This document shows positions 1 through 12,247 of a stretch of 64,000 nt of DNA, one piece after another. The position numbers and the translations under genes were made by a program. Numbering within the stretch: the first letter of the stretch is position 1; each line of letters begins with the position of its first letter. This DNA comes from Tubiluchus corallicola (lineage: Eukaryota > Animalia > Priapulida), in NCBI GenBank assembly GCA_030141605.1, contig JAQGDQ010000256.1, positions 124,001-188,000 on the forward strand, written 5' to 3'. Below the pieces are notes generated by a model. That model saw only the letters and a program-made list of their open reading frames with translations, did no database searches and was not told the origin of the DNA.

Positions 1-189
1 TTCACTGCACTGCAAACAGTTCAAAGTTAATTTAGCTTCAGTATCTATTAAAGGATTTCTCTCCACCCGCCCTCTCGTGGCTTCGTCTGAGGCAGCTCGG
101 CGGAATCTACGGACCACACGCACTGTCACCAGCCGTCACATTGCTTATACAAAATCTGATGAAAATCCGTGTTAGTTAACCTTCTTCTC

Positions 190-255
190 CGGAGTGTGTT
201 ACGCGTTTCGTTGCCCTCATTTATAGCTTGTTATACAAACTGGAGAGGCAATTGG
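190..255 (-). promoter_or_regulatory. Putative TATA/Inr/CCAAT core promoter of a gene transcribed leftwards out of the window
   Basis: Minus strand reads CTATAAATGA (226-217). An Inr-like CA(+1)CTCC has its A at 195, 30 nt downstream of the first T of TATAAAT. CCAAT lies on the minus strand at 255-251. The downstream 1-190 is GC-richer and 5'UTR-like. Confidence 0.45.
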
Positions 256-735
256 AACGCAGAAACTACAGACAGTTTTGTTGATTTTTAATTTGCAATG
301 CTCCGGCGCAAAAACACTCAAGTCTAAGTGCCAATTTAGTTGGATACATGAACCACGCAACCACCATTATTTCGACTGCGATATATGTTACAGTTGCGTG
401 CATTACAAGCGCCGCATAAACTACTGACTGCAATTTTTAACCAGAGAAACAGCTGTGCCCGTTCATGCTTTCCATGAGCTTAAGGGAAACAAGCTCTGTT
501 ATAGAGCTATAGTAGAGATAACGAAGCAAAAAGCATGCCAAAATCGAAAATAAACACAGTAATAAATCGACCTGTAAATAGCTCATATAAAATATTAGAA
601 AATAATGTAAATAAAGCCACCTGTTCTGTGAAAACGTATAGACTTAAGACCTAATTATCAAGACAGACTATGTTCACTCATGCGGCCCATATGCCTGTAT
701 AAATGTAATTGTACTCCTGTATTAAAATCGTGTGC

Positions 736-736
<1 letters not shown>

Positions 737-787
<51 letters not shown>

Positions 788-841
788 GCGTGTGCGTGTG
801 CGTGTGCGTGTGCGTGTGCGTGTGCGTGTGCGTGTGTATGT
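737..841. repeat. Compound microsatellite (TG)n then (TGCGTG)n
   Basis: Directly visible; explains ORFs 658..870 and 680..895. Confidence 0.97.
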
Positions 842-3800
842 GGTATCAACACTATTAATTTAGGAATCATTTATAGTTTATATAAAGTTCCATAACTATC
901 CTCCACTAATCTGAATTTTAATTTTCTTTGCAGTTAATCCTCCAATGATGGTCATCTACGTTACACTTTTACTCAGCAGTTGAAAATTTCTTTTAGTCTA
1001 CATTTGAAGCTTTGCGCCATTTTCTTTTGCTCTCAGGCTGACTCTAGAGCAGAGCTGAGAAATCGCTGCATTGCTATATAGGAAAGAGCGTTATGCATAT
1101 AGATGTAATTTAAATCGCTACCGTGGACTTGCGAAGCCAAGTTTGATGCCACCAAAATACTCATGAGCCATGGATCATAGACTCGGTAAGCAACTTGCCA
1201 TTTGGTTCGTGTTGTAATTTCTATTAATTTTAGATAAATATTTGAAAATAATGAGGGATTTGAAACACCTTGTACATGCGACTTAATTCCAGTAGAACAT
1301 GTCCTTGTGTCCTTACACAGGTAACATACCTCTTAAGCTTAAGCAAACATAACCAATCGATCATGCTGGCATTCGGCTGAACAAAAACGACACCGCACTA
1401 GTATTAGCAACTAAAAGCAGCTGAAACAACTTTTAAAACAAGATTTTTATAACTCTTTGACGGAAAACGTACTGCAATACTAGAGAATGCAAGGCTGTGT
1501 TATGTTTCCACCTGACAAAACAAACGTGAAAACAATAAAATAATGGCAATTATGAAGAAACGAGACATCGTAACTAGAGGGGGTCTTAATGTCTCAAGGA
1601 TTATTCTAAGATTGCAAAAAGCAGTAATTTTGCTATGGGCACTCCAGAATCTATTTCATATAGAATGTCACACCCAAACATTTGAATTATCTGACAGTCC
1701 CTGTACGTCTAAGTTAACACGATTTCTTATACGCTTTTCTCCATTTATAATATATATTGTATATTACATTGAAATATGCATAGATGCATACAGGTGACAT
1801 GCCGATACATTTTTCAGACACTTCTAAACAGCTAACACTAAACAGTTCTCAAAACATAATTTATCAGTCAAACGTAAATAATTTTTTTGGTAAAAAAACA
1901 GGCAACAAACTAACACAGAGGGGTCAAATAAAAAATATAAAAAAGTGATAAAAAGGTAAAAATGTTTCTTAAAGCAAATTAAATGTCCGGGTTTGGCCGA
2001 GCCACTTAGGCATGATTGTATAACAATTACTTTGCTATAAGAACGACTGGAAATGTGCGATACCCAATAGGTTTACTCGAACCTGAGCTCTGGTTGACTC
2101 TCGTCCGGCGCACATCTGATCGGGTCGGACTTGATCAAGTACAAAAAATTAGGAATATCAAAAATAGGCGTCCACATGCTCCGTGTAATTACAATGCCAA
2201 TTTTCCTAAATAATTGATTAATCATTCAGTAAAAATAAAGAAAGTAAATGTGTATGCTACTGTTTGCTTTGATATTAACACCGCGGCACTGCAAAAAAGG
2301 AGCAAACAAGGGCACGGGTAGGCTTATTTGCACAATCATTAGGATAGGCAACTATTTATAATTGCTACTAAGCTATATCTTCGGTGTAGTAAGAAAATCA
2401 ATTGGCCTGCATGCCTATGCAGTTTAGAATCCGTAGGCAGAGAAGTTTGACGACAATTATTCTGACGGCAAAGAAGTTTGCGAGCGACAGATAATCAAGT
2501 AGAACGCAACGTTACACATCCACAACGTAAACCTTCTGTTGCATCGAAATTCCAATACCAGCAATCGAAATTCAATAAGAATCCTCGTAATAACACCTTC
2601 ACTTTTGCACGATGTCAAGGTGTGGAGGCCATTACACATTATTACATTATTCCATTACATTATTCTCATGCATGAATATGAATCCTTGTAGCCTTCATAT
2701 TCATGGCTGCATTCAATAACAGAATAGCAAGCATCTAAAACACTGATCTAAATACTTGCGAAAATGAAGGTGCCCTTCTATCTCTCCAGTAAAGCGTTAA
2801 ATATGCACACTAGAAAAACGTTTAGCCTTGAACCAAGAAACCGTGCAATGTAAATTGAATTTTGGCACTGGCCATTCATCTAAAAAATCAGAATCGCTTG
2901 CATTGGTGAATTGGTGACACACATGAATTACGCAGCATTATGAGGCTGTAACAAAACTTTTCGGACAATCATTGCACAAAACTGCGAACATTTCTCGAGA
3001 ACAAGAAATTGTTGTCAAAACGGGTTCTCTCCTATAGTGGAAACCTCTTTGGTTACTGACAAACCCCGAGTGCTGAACCATCATGAACAAAAAATAAAGT
3101 ACCATAGATTTTTGCGTTTCATTTCTGGAAAAGAGTTTTTTGCTGATGCAAACACTTATGCGGTCGCTCACCAATTTCTCATGATTCAGACAACACTGTC
3201 TTACAAAAATATTTTACGTGTGGATTCTAGGAATCGACGTTAAATAACGGTTGGATCAGATAAATCAATTACCTTATGATTATTGTCATTTAATTTACTA
3301 CTGACTCTGTCAAAAGCATTTTATTTAAAACAGCTTTTTACAGGGAAATTTAACACATTTTACAGAAGTTTTACTTTTGATAAAGATTTTGGGCATTAAT
3401 TGCTTAATAGCTTAATTGCATTTAACGATTTGAAATTTTACACAATACGTGCTTCTACATTATTAAACTATTTTAGATAGTATTACAATTAAATAAATAA
3501 GATAAATATTATAAAACTATTTACCTGTTTTGACCCTGCAGAGAAAACAGGTTGCACAAATTTGTCATTTATCTGTGGCACGCTCAGGGCTCTAATTATC
3601 CTCCCCCAAAGCGCCAATTGAATGACCTGGATGCGCCCAAGCGCGTTGACAAATGAGCTTCAGATTCTCATGGCAAGAGATTCCCTGTATCAAGTATGTA
3701 ATTTCACGCTCCAGTCTTCCCATTACCTGCCATTAATATGAACATCCCCAAGCGCAGACAAGCCAAATCGAATGGGTCATTTTATGTTAAATCTGACTTT

Positions 3801-4224
3801 ACACGGCGCTCTAATGAGATTGTGTCTAGCACCGCAGCGTAATAAAAATGGCCTGCAAATCAGATCAATCAGAAATCAGATGGCAGGCGTGAGAATTATG
3901 ATGATTTTGTCTCTCGCATGAGCAGAGGTCGATGGTTAGACTGCTTAGAAAAGGCTGGATTTAGAAAAGGCAACAGACCAAATTCGTTGTCCCTCATATA
4001 ATTAAGTACCTGCCCATGTGAATAAGTAACTGCAAAATGGCCTAGGACAACCGTCCTCAGTAAAGACTACAAAGACAAACCCCACGCTTAAATCTAAATT
4101 ACTGCGTGACTCAGATTTTTGTATAGTCTTTCATCTCTACTATTAATCGGCATTTGACATTTCTTCATCATGTCATCAAACGACAAGTCATCAGGTCTGA
4201 TGATATCTACGTCAACTACTGTAA

Positions 4225-4450
4225 GGAATGTATGACATTTGGGGTATCGAGGGTTTGTGGTTCGAATCTCACTCGTGTCGGGATCTTTCGAACCATTTGA
4301 CACACGTTCATGACTCTCTGGCCGCCTTCTAAGGCTTACTCGGCGTTAATTGAGGACCCGGTCACGTACTAGGATAAGAAAGGGGTTCAAGCTAGCTACC
4401 AGGAGCTGAGAGGCTTTGTAAATGGCTGCCGTAAATACGTTTGGCGTGGA
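4225..4450 (+). mobile_element. Decayed tRNA-derived SINE-like fragment
   Basis: B-box-like GGTTCGAATCTC at 4259-4270 followed by a GC-richer body; no clear A box or cloverleaf. Confidence 0.35.
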
Positions 4451-5892
4451 GCCATTCTTCTGCTTTTTTGTAATTTTTTTCCTTCCTGTACCACTGCTGC
4501 TACTGCTACTTTACTGTTACCTTCGCGCTTTCACTACTAGCCAACCACCACGTGCTAAGTAACACCTATTAAGGTGTAGCTCATCATGGGATAGGATGAT
4601 GTTAAAATTATCAAATGCCATTCATTTTCTAAACTGGACGAAGAGCGACAAAGGACAAAATGAGCGATCTTTGCGTTTGATTCTTTTACCTATTTATCAT
4701 ATAAGGCAGCGTAGCCCTTAAAGTTTAGTGACAATAGCTTCAGATACTTTCTCAAACTCCTTAAAACTGTAAGGCGTACAGTTAGATAAACACAAAGAGA
4801 AACTGTGAACAGACCTTTGATCAGCTTCATTCAATTACTAGCTAATTTTGCTGTTTGGACAAACAAATAAACTCAACTAATGTTACTGCCCCGCTTTCAT
4901 CGACTAACAATACAAAATATTATAAAAAAAAGTAATTTGAATACCATACAACATCCAAAATGTGTATTAATCATTTCACTAGAACATTAGGTTTATTTAA
5001 CCTAATCCAGGTAACTCAAATCCCCTAGCCATTCAAACTGAATTAAATGACCTCATTCTTCCCATTCAGGATAAATTGCATTAAATTTTAGTACACTGAT
5101 TTTTCATAGATCGCTTAAACTGGAAAAAACATTCATCTAAAAATCTTAATTCTTGACTTCTAGTTGGTAAAAACGTTTTTGCAAACTGCTTTACGGTTAT
5201 ACATTAGTTTGAATTAAGTTTATTAACAGGTATATTCTCTTCTTTTCCTAGTATTACTTCTCGTTCTTCTAACTTTCGTTACTGATGTATATAAATCTCT
5301 TTACGAGTTGTCCTTATTGAAGAACACTTTACATCTAAACGCAATGTATCCATCCAACTATTACGTAAAGAGACATAACAGGCTCCACTTACACAGCTGC
5401 TTCCAAATGTTGAATGCGCTGTGAGATTTTATCAAAGCAGCAGTCAGCCTAAATTCCTTTAAACAACCAATAAAGACACAGACAAAAGAAAACTGTATGT
5501 GCGCATGTCGTAACCTTAATAATGTGCTATAAGCTTATAATTGTTTTTATAATTTTAGCGATATATTTATGAATACCACCACTTCTCCGCCATCTTTTAC
5601 GCACGCTTTTTGAAGATTACGTACAATATTAAAAATGTGTTAATTTTTTAATGCTGTGCAAATGTTCTCTAATTCCTCTTAATTTGTAATGCATATTTTA
5701 ATCATTCGAGCGTGTTTTATCTCACAGTCGATTATGGTAACCGACCAGCTATAATGTTTCTTGCATTTAACATCAACTTAAAGTAAACTTATCTTACTTC
5801 CTTACTGGGCAGTTGTGTCACAAACAAAAAAGACACCTACCCAATTTTTACAAAACTTTTTCACTGACTGATCTATCCATGCATGTTACTTC

Positions 5893-6264
5893 ATTGATTT
5901 GACTCATTTCCAATAATCGGCTCCTAATAAGACATTAGGCTGTTACAGTTTTGAAAATGTAACGTTTAGTTTTTTCTTTTTACTTATTTAGCTGGCTACG
6001 TTTACAATAATACAAGCGCAGAATTAAAATACACGTAGGGTATGTATCCTGACTTCTTCCATTAATCTTGAAGCAAAGAGTTCAAATAATCAGTGCCACC
6101 ATAACCGCTAAGTTTCGGCCACCAAGCACGCTACATAATTATTGATTTACTACTAATTTGTGTCCTACTACCATTAACAAATTTTTCGTGGCATAAGCTC
6201 TTGCAGCTTGTAATTGCGTGATTTTAAAATCAACGTAAATTAAATGTTTATCATCTTATCTTTC
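5893..6264 (-). repeat. Left copy of a ~370-bp inverted repeat (family A) containing a tRNA-like cassette at ~6058-6130
   Basis: Reverse complement aligns along its length with 7135-7502, e.g. aaaatcaacgtaaattaaatgtttatcatcttatctttc vs gaaagataagatgataaacatttattttacgttgatttt. Confidence 0.9.
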
Positions 6265-7134
6265 CTTATCCTAACAATTTTTCCGAAAAAGAGGTGGCCT
6301 TTTAAAGCTTAATAACTCTATTGTTTACATAAATTTTTTGTGCTAGTTTAATTATCACGGATTTTACTTTGCAATAGAAGTTTATTGAACATCCTAAGGA
6401 GACAAGTACGAAAAGCTTTTCAGGCAGAGCTTTTTTGAAATAGACAAAGAGAGAAAGCAGTGTGCAGCCACGTGACCCGCCAGACATATACAATTACAAT
6501 GTGAAGTGCAGCATTGGATGAAATATATAATTTGGTTTCGGACTTGAAAAATAAATTATTTCTGTTGTAGCGCTCAGCAAATAAAAAGGGATTCTGTTGC
6601 AATTCAAAACTATGAAGTTGAGTCTGATTTGCCTACGGCACTGCTAAGCCAAAGCATAATATTTGGCACTGCAAATACCACACTGTAGACTTGGTGAGAC
6701 AAAGTAACTTCAAGGAAAAAACAGAAAAGCATTAACTCCATACCTACACTAACGATCCGACTATCAACCAAATAACAACAGTGGAATCAACCAAACACTC
6801 AAAACTGTATAAAGCTATAAAATTGCAAGATTGAGTGCAGAGAGTCGACTTGCTATATTTTTTGAGAATTTGGTTTCATCGCTCTGTTAACTAGATGGAT
6901 TTCTAAACTTCGATTGCTTTACGAAGAATTATCATTCAATGAACGACAACAGCTCAGGTTTTATTTATATTATTTTCTACTACCCACTAATTGGATACTT
7001 GAAACCCTGGATGTTCAATAAACGTCTATTGCAAAGTAAAATCCGTGATAATTAAACTAACACAAAAAATGTAAACAGTAGAATTATTTAGCTTTAAAAT
7101 TGGCCGCCTCTTTTTCTTATGAAAGAATCCGAAA

Positions 7135-7502
7135 GAAAGATAAGATGATAAACATTTATTTTACGTTGATTTTAAAAACATATAACTACAAGCTACAAGA
7201 GCTTATGTCACCCTTATGCTAATGCTAGTGGGACACAGATGAGTAGTAAATCAATAATTAGGCTTTTAGTGGCCGAAACTCGGTGGTTTATGCTGCACTT
7301 ATTACCCGAGGTCTTGGGTTCAAGACTAACAGAAGACGTCAGGATACATACCATACATGTATTTTACGTCTGCATTTGTATTATTGTAAGCCTAACTAGC
7401 TAAATAAATTAATTAAAAGAAGAAAACTACACGTTATATATACATAACTGTACCAGCTTAATGTCGTATTAGGAACGATTATTAGAAATGAGTTCAATCA
7501 AT
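7135..7502 (+). repeat. Right copy of the family A inverted repeat; tRNA-like cassette at ~7261-7335
   Basis: Inverted match to 5893-6264; internal TAGTGGCCGAAACTCGGTGG (A-box-like) and GGGTTCAAGAC (B-box-like) at tRNA-like spacing. Confidence 0.9.
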
Positions 7503-9013
7503 TTAAATATTGTTCTATAAATGCGCAGGACAGAAACCACTTAGATTAAGATAACCACGAGCATTATTCAGTCAGATTGTTGGCATTGAAACTTTCATTA
7601 AAGTTCAAAATACTATTCGAGCCGTTAACGTGATTTTACAGTGTATGTGTTGATGCAGGTTTTACCTGGACTAAACTTGTCTTGTCCTACGCTCATAATA
7701 AAATATTGACATTTTCACTATTGCTACAAAAGCCCCCCATTCTGCCTTTTGATATTGGCTATTTGCACTTCATCATGACTACTAAATGTCTATAATAATT
7801 ACTATCAGAATATTTCTCGTCTATTAAAAAATGCAAGTAAATACGATTTGCAAGCAAAAAGCACTGAGGTGATGTAACGTAACAATAAATTAAACAGATG
7901 AAAAGTCAGGCTCAAGTGCAAAGTTACAAAGATGGAAAAATGTAATTTTAATGTCAACAAGGTTACCCGTGATTGGACTAATTTGGCGTAAATTGCGTGT
8001 ATTTAGAAGTGACTTAGAGGACGTGTGAAAGTTAATGTAGCAGCAGCAGCGTTAACAAAATTCTTCATTACCGTACAGGGCTTCATTACAACACCCATCT
8101 AAGCAAAAGAAAAACTGTTGTGGGATCACCGGCGCAACTTAAAATTAACTGTAAACGCTCACGCATGATACACCCGGTAGGTCGTTATCGTCCTACATAC
8201 TAAATAAGCAATATTGAAAATCATTGCTGTGTAGCTGGATCTGCTGTTACCGACAGCTAGATCTACCCTCGCTCGTAGCTCGTCACAATCCACTTGGTTT
8301 AATTCTTGCTGGGAAAATGTCGCGTAGAAGTGAAGTGAGGATTTAGCTGTAATTAGCTGAAACTCGTAAAGAGACAATAGCAGCGTCTTATCTTGAGATG
8401 TAAGAAGTTGCAAGACCTGTAAATGGATGCCTGCACTAGTCTGAATGCCTGTAAAACGTAAAATTGAACTGTGACTTCTCTTGCGACGTCTCCTGACTAC
8501 GTCTGTCACATTCCTGCAATAAGCAGTGGTGTGTACTGTGCGGCTACATGAGCCTTCATCCAATTAAATTAGACATGTTAAATGAAATCTTTCTTGAAGT
8601 ACCATAGTTATTGACCAGATGAGATATCGGTGCAAGCAAACAAGTCTACTATCAATCGGCCATAACAATTCCTCATTTTAGATAATATCTGTCTCTGTAA
8701 TGACGAGTTTTCTTAGATGATGCCCCGATAGTGTTTCCGCACAGATTATATAATGATAAGGCTAAAAAGGTACATTGTAATATATGCACACCATAATCTC
8801 CCGAGTTTGTTGTAGTAAAGATACTCTGCTGGCTCTCGTAATTAACTTTGTTACCACAGGTTTGTATTTCACAGAAGAATTCACAATGTGTCATAGGGCT
8901 TAACACAATAATTAAGCATTCATTGCTAATAATTAGGAGAAGATGGCCTTAATAAAAAAGTAAATAATAATGAAACTGAAAATATGTTATTGTACGTTCT
9001 CTTATACACTTAA

Positions 9014-9385
9014 AGGGGAAAACGCGTTACACAAAAAATAGGCGCTACACCTTATCACTACAATTTATTTTACTTATGACGTGGCACACACGTTCGAGAA
9101 CTCATGCGTACTACAGCGGTAAATTTGAAATTTAAGTTTTTAAACATAAATTTGCGGAATTTTTGACGATGACAATTTCAATTTTCGCTTTCGCAAACCC
9201 GTGCAACACGCTCGTGAAATGTTTGCGTCATTACAAAGTTTTGTTCAGTTATGCTACGTACACCGGCCGTTAGTTATTATTTAACCTATTATTTAATTAT
9301 CAAAAACATTTTGGTCATGTTATATGTATTAAAGCGTATACTTTTTACCGTACTTCAAAGTATAGCAAGATATGGAAATTCCTGC
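9014..9385 (+). mobile_element. Non-autonomous TTAA-flanked DNA transposon (Kolobok-like), internally deleted and truncated copy
   Basis: Begins TTAA|AGGGGAA. Colinear with 47505-47820 and 48098-48150 (aaatttaagtttttaaacataaatttg; tttcaattttcg; ggccgtta; tattatttaattatca) and with 20577-20978 reversed. Confidence 0.75.
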
Positions 9386-12064
9386 ACTTGTGTGTCTTTA
9401 TTTTGCATTTCAATACGTACTATATTGCTTAAGTGCTTGCTTTACGAAATTTAATTACTAAACTTTTCTACAATTCATACTTTACTACGGAGAAGAGAGA
9501 AAAGGGACGAAGAAGGAACTTGTTGCTGTAACAGCTATTCCTGATTAAAAAGCCACAAAACTTACTGCATTTAAAATTGTTGTGTATGTCATTTCAAAAA
9601 TAATGACCACATAGTTTAGCACGTAGGCGTCGAATTAACAACTCGATTATTAGCAAAAATAATGAAAAGTGATTTAATGCTTATAATTATTGCCCATCAC
9701 TTGATGACAACACAGATAAGAATGTAGCCGGTGATTGTGCCCTTGCTGGTAACGAAGCACCATTCATCAGACTGTCGGTCTTGAAGATTAAAAATCCACT
9801 TAATTAATCGCCCATGGAAACGCTAATCACGAAATCGATGATGTGATGGCACGACCGAATCGTGGATAAGGCACTTAATTATATCACACGAAGAAAATGT
9901 GTAATTTTAATGGCCGTTACCGCTCGCTTGAACAATTTTCTCGCGATTATGCAATCACAAAGTTGTCTGAGGTTTCACGAAGTTCATAATCTTATAAACG
10001 ATCTTGAATAGCACTAATCAGCGACGCCAGTTAATTACTTAACGATGCTTACAAGTTTTGTGTAAATTTCGGTAGCTGAAACATTAATGGCTGTCGCCAT
10101 AGGTCAAGAAGAATTTTAATGAAACACAAAGTCCGCGTTATGATTTTCTTTATAGTTTATTGAATTCCAGAAAGCCTTTTCATTCTCATCTCTTTAGAGA
10201 ATGAAATTAATAATTCTCGGACGAAAGGCAAATATGAAATAATGACTGTTCATATAAAAAGACATTCAAACTATCAAGAACTCAACGTAAATTGTTACTT
10301 AATATATATAAATTTAGCAGTTAGTAATTCATGTTGGTTTTTGCCTTAGGATTTTCCGTGAAGATAATTCACTCAAAAAGGCCCTCTGAAATTCAATCAA
10401 GTGTATATAGAAAATCACAATGTGCATTTTGTTTCTAATTAAAATTTTGTCCCAATGGCGCTTAACAAAGAAGCGCTTCTATTACGTCAATAAAAACAAA
10501 ATTCTTCTTTCTTGTCTTCGTTTCATCTCCGCCTTAGTCTGTTCTGTTTACATATTTATTTTTTCCTTTATTTTAGTAATTAATAGTATCAAGAATCGGT
10601 AGTAAGAAGTTAAGCTCCCTTTAGGGACCTGTGTGCCTGACAAAGTCAGTATGGTGTATTTCGAAGTAGACAATAGCTATAATACCATACAAACCCTAAA
10701 ACATTACCTCAAATCTACTCTAAGGAGGAGGACCTTGCTACTAAAAAATTACCTTTTCCTAGTGAGAAAGTTTCTGTTCATTTTTTCGTTGCCAATCAAT
10801 ACCCAGTAAATTATAATTACCGCTCAGGCATTGTTAATGTGAAAACTACTGTATATGATCATTTTTCTTGTCTTTGCAGAAATAAACGACCAAAAACAAT
10901 CCGTCCAAACTAACGCTTACACGTTTTTTCCTCTTCTTTGCAAGTAATTTTCCTATGGGTTTTCTGAATATAATTACGTAGTCATGATGAGCAAGCTTTT
11001 CCGTGGAACTGTAATCTGTGAAATTATTATTACTTCAGATGGTGGAAAAGTGCTAGAAGTTTCCTCTTAAATTGCTTTTTAGTGTTGTTCCCCGATGACT
11101 GAGAATCCTGTACATTACACTTGTTTAATGTGGCTACCTTCTACACCACTCTTCAGTTATAGTGTGTTACAAACTGCGAAGTATACTGTTGAAGCTTATT
11201 TGCCAACACCCAAAAATAATGATCCTCTGAGTCTCTCTTTTCAATGAGGTAATTGAACAGACAAGACCTAATTATACAGCACCAACTGCTTAAATCAACA
11301 ATGCAGTGCACTGCTGTCAGAATACACTAGCATTTCATATTTATGTTTACTTCAACTGAATAAACAGCGGTTTAACAGGCATACAGGCAGTAGCAATCTT
11401 TTAACAAGGCTTGTCTTACACACACAAATCCATGCAAAAGCAAAATTCAAGTAGGGCACTACAGCAACAAGACTTGAAGGTTATTATGTCGAATAACTGA
11501 TTAGCAGCAAAAAGACACATAGGTTTTTCAACATAAAGTTTCTGAGGTCAAACCATTCGCTGAAAAATATATTATTGCAATGAACGGGCGCTTTGGTTGT
11601 ATCTGGTCGAAATAGGTGGATGTGTGCATCAAATGAAAACTGAGCAGAGATATAGAGACAGAACAAAGATTTGGTATAAAGTAACTTGTCAGACATCTTT
11701 TCTTGCGTGCTATATTCCGTGGAAAAGCTACTTTGCAATGAAGACTGTGTGCAACTGTTAATATAGGGTTCTGACATGCGCATTGGTCAGCAATGACGAG
11801 CCCTTTCCTTCCCACGGGAGTGACAGCACTTCTCAGGTGAAAACGGTTTAGCACACAATTATCATTGCTCCAGTGCAATACAAGATGATCTGATGTCAAA
11901 CAAACACCGGTAGAGTGTGGTTGGCCGCAGGTCACGATGACGTAGAAAGACCAATCTCACCAAATATAGGCAAAATGTTTAAGGTGCTATAAACCTGCAC
12001 ACACAGGTTGCAACAAATGTCACAGATTATCCGATGCCAAATTACACTTCGTTGCAACTTTAAC

Positions 12065-12247
12065 TTTTTCTCAAATTAGCTGGCAACTAATTTTTATTAT
12101 TAACGGTATCATTAATTAGATTCTGACTGTGAATGTCAGAGTGTTGATAAACACTGTCGTTTATTAAGAACAATTATGGATGATCATTGTAAAATAAACC
12201 GGAATTGTTTATCAACATTCTGGCATTCACAGTCATAATCTAATTAA
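12065..12247. repeat. Palindromic foldback element (family B) lacking a tRNA core; hairpin 12112-12247
   Basis: ttaattagattctgactgtgaatgtcagagtgttgataaaca pairs with tgtttatcaacattctggcattcacagtcataatctaattaa; TTAA at both stem ends; the arm recurs at 53884-53990. Confidence 0.88.

Noticed and set aside
658-895. His/Ala/Thr and Cys/Val repeat ORFs
   Set aside because: Translation of the (TG)n/(TGCGTG)n microsatellite.
12112-12247. microRNA precursor
   Set aside because: The arm recurs at 53.9 kb as a dispersed repeat and no known mature miRNA was recognised.
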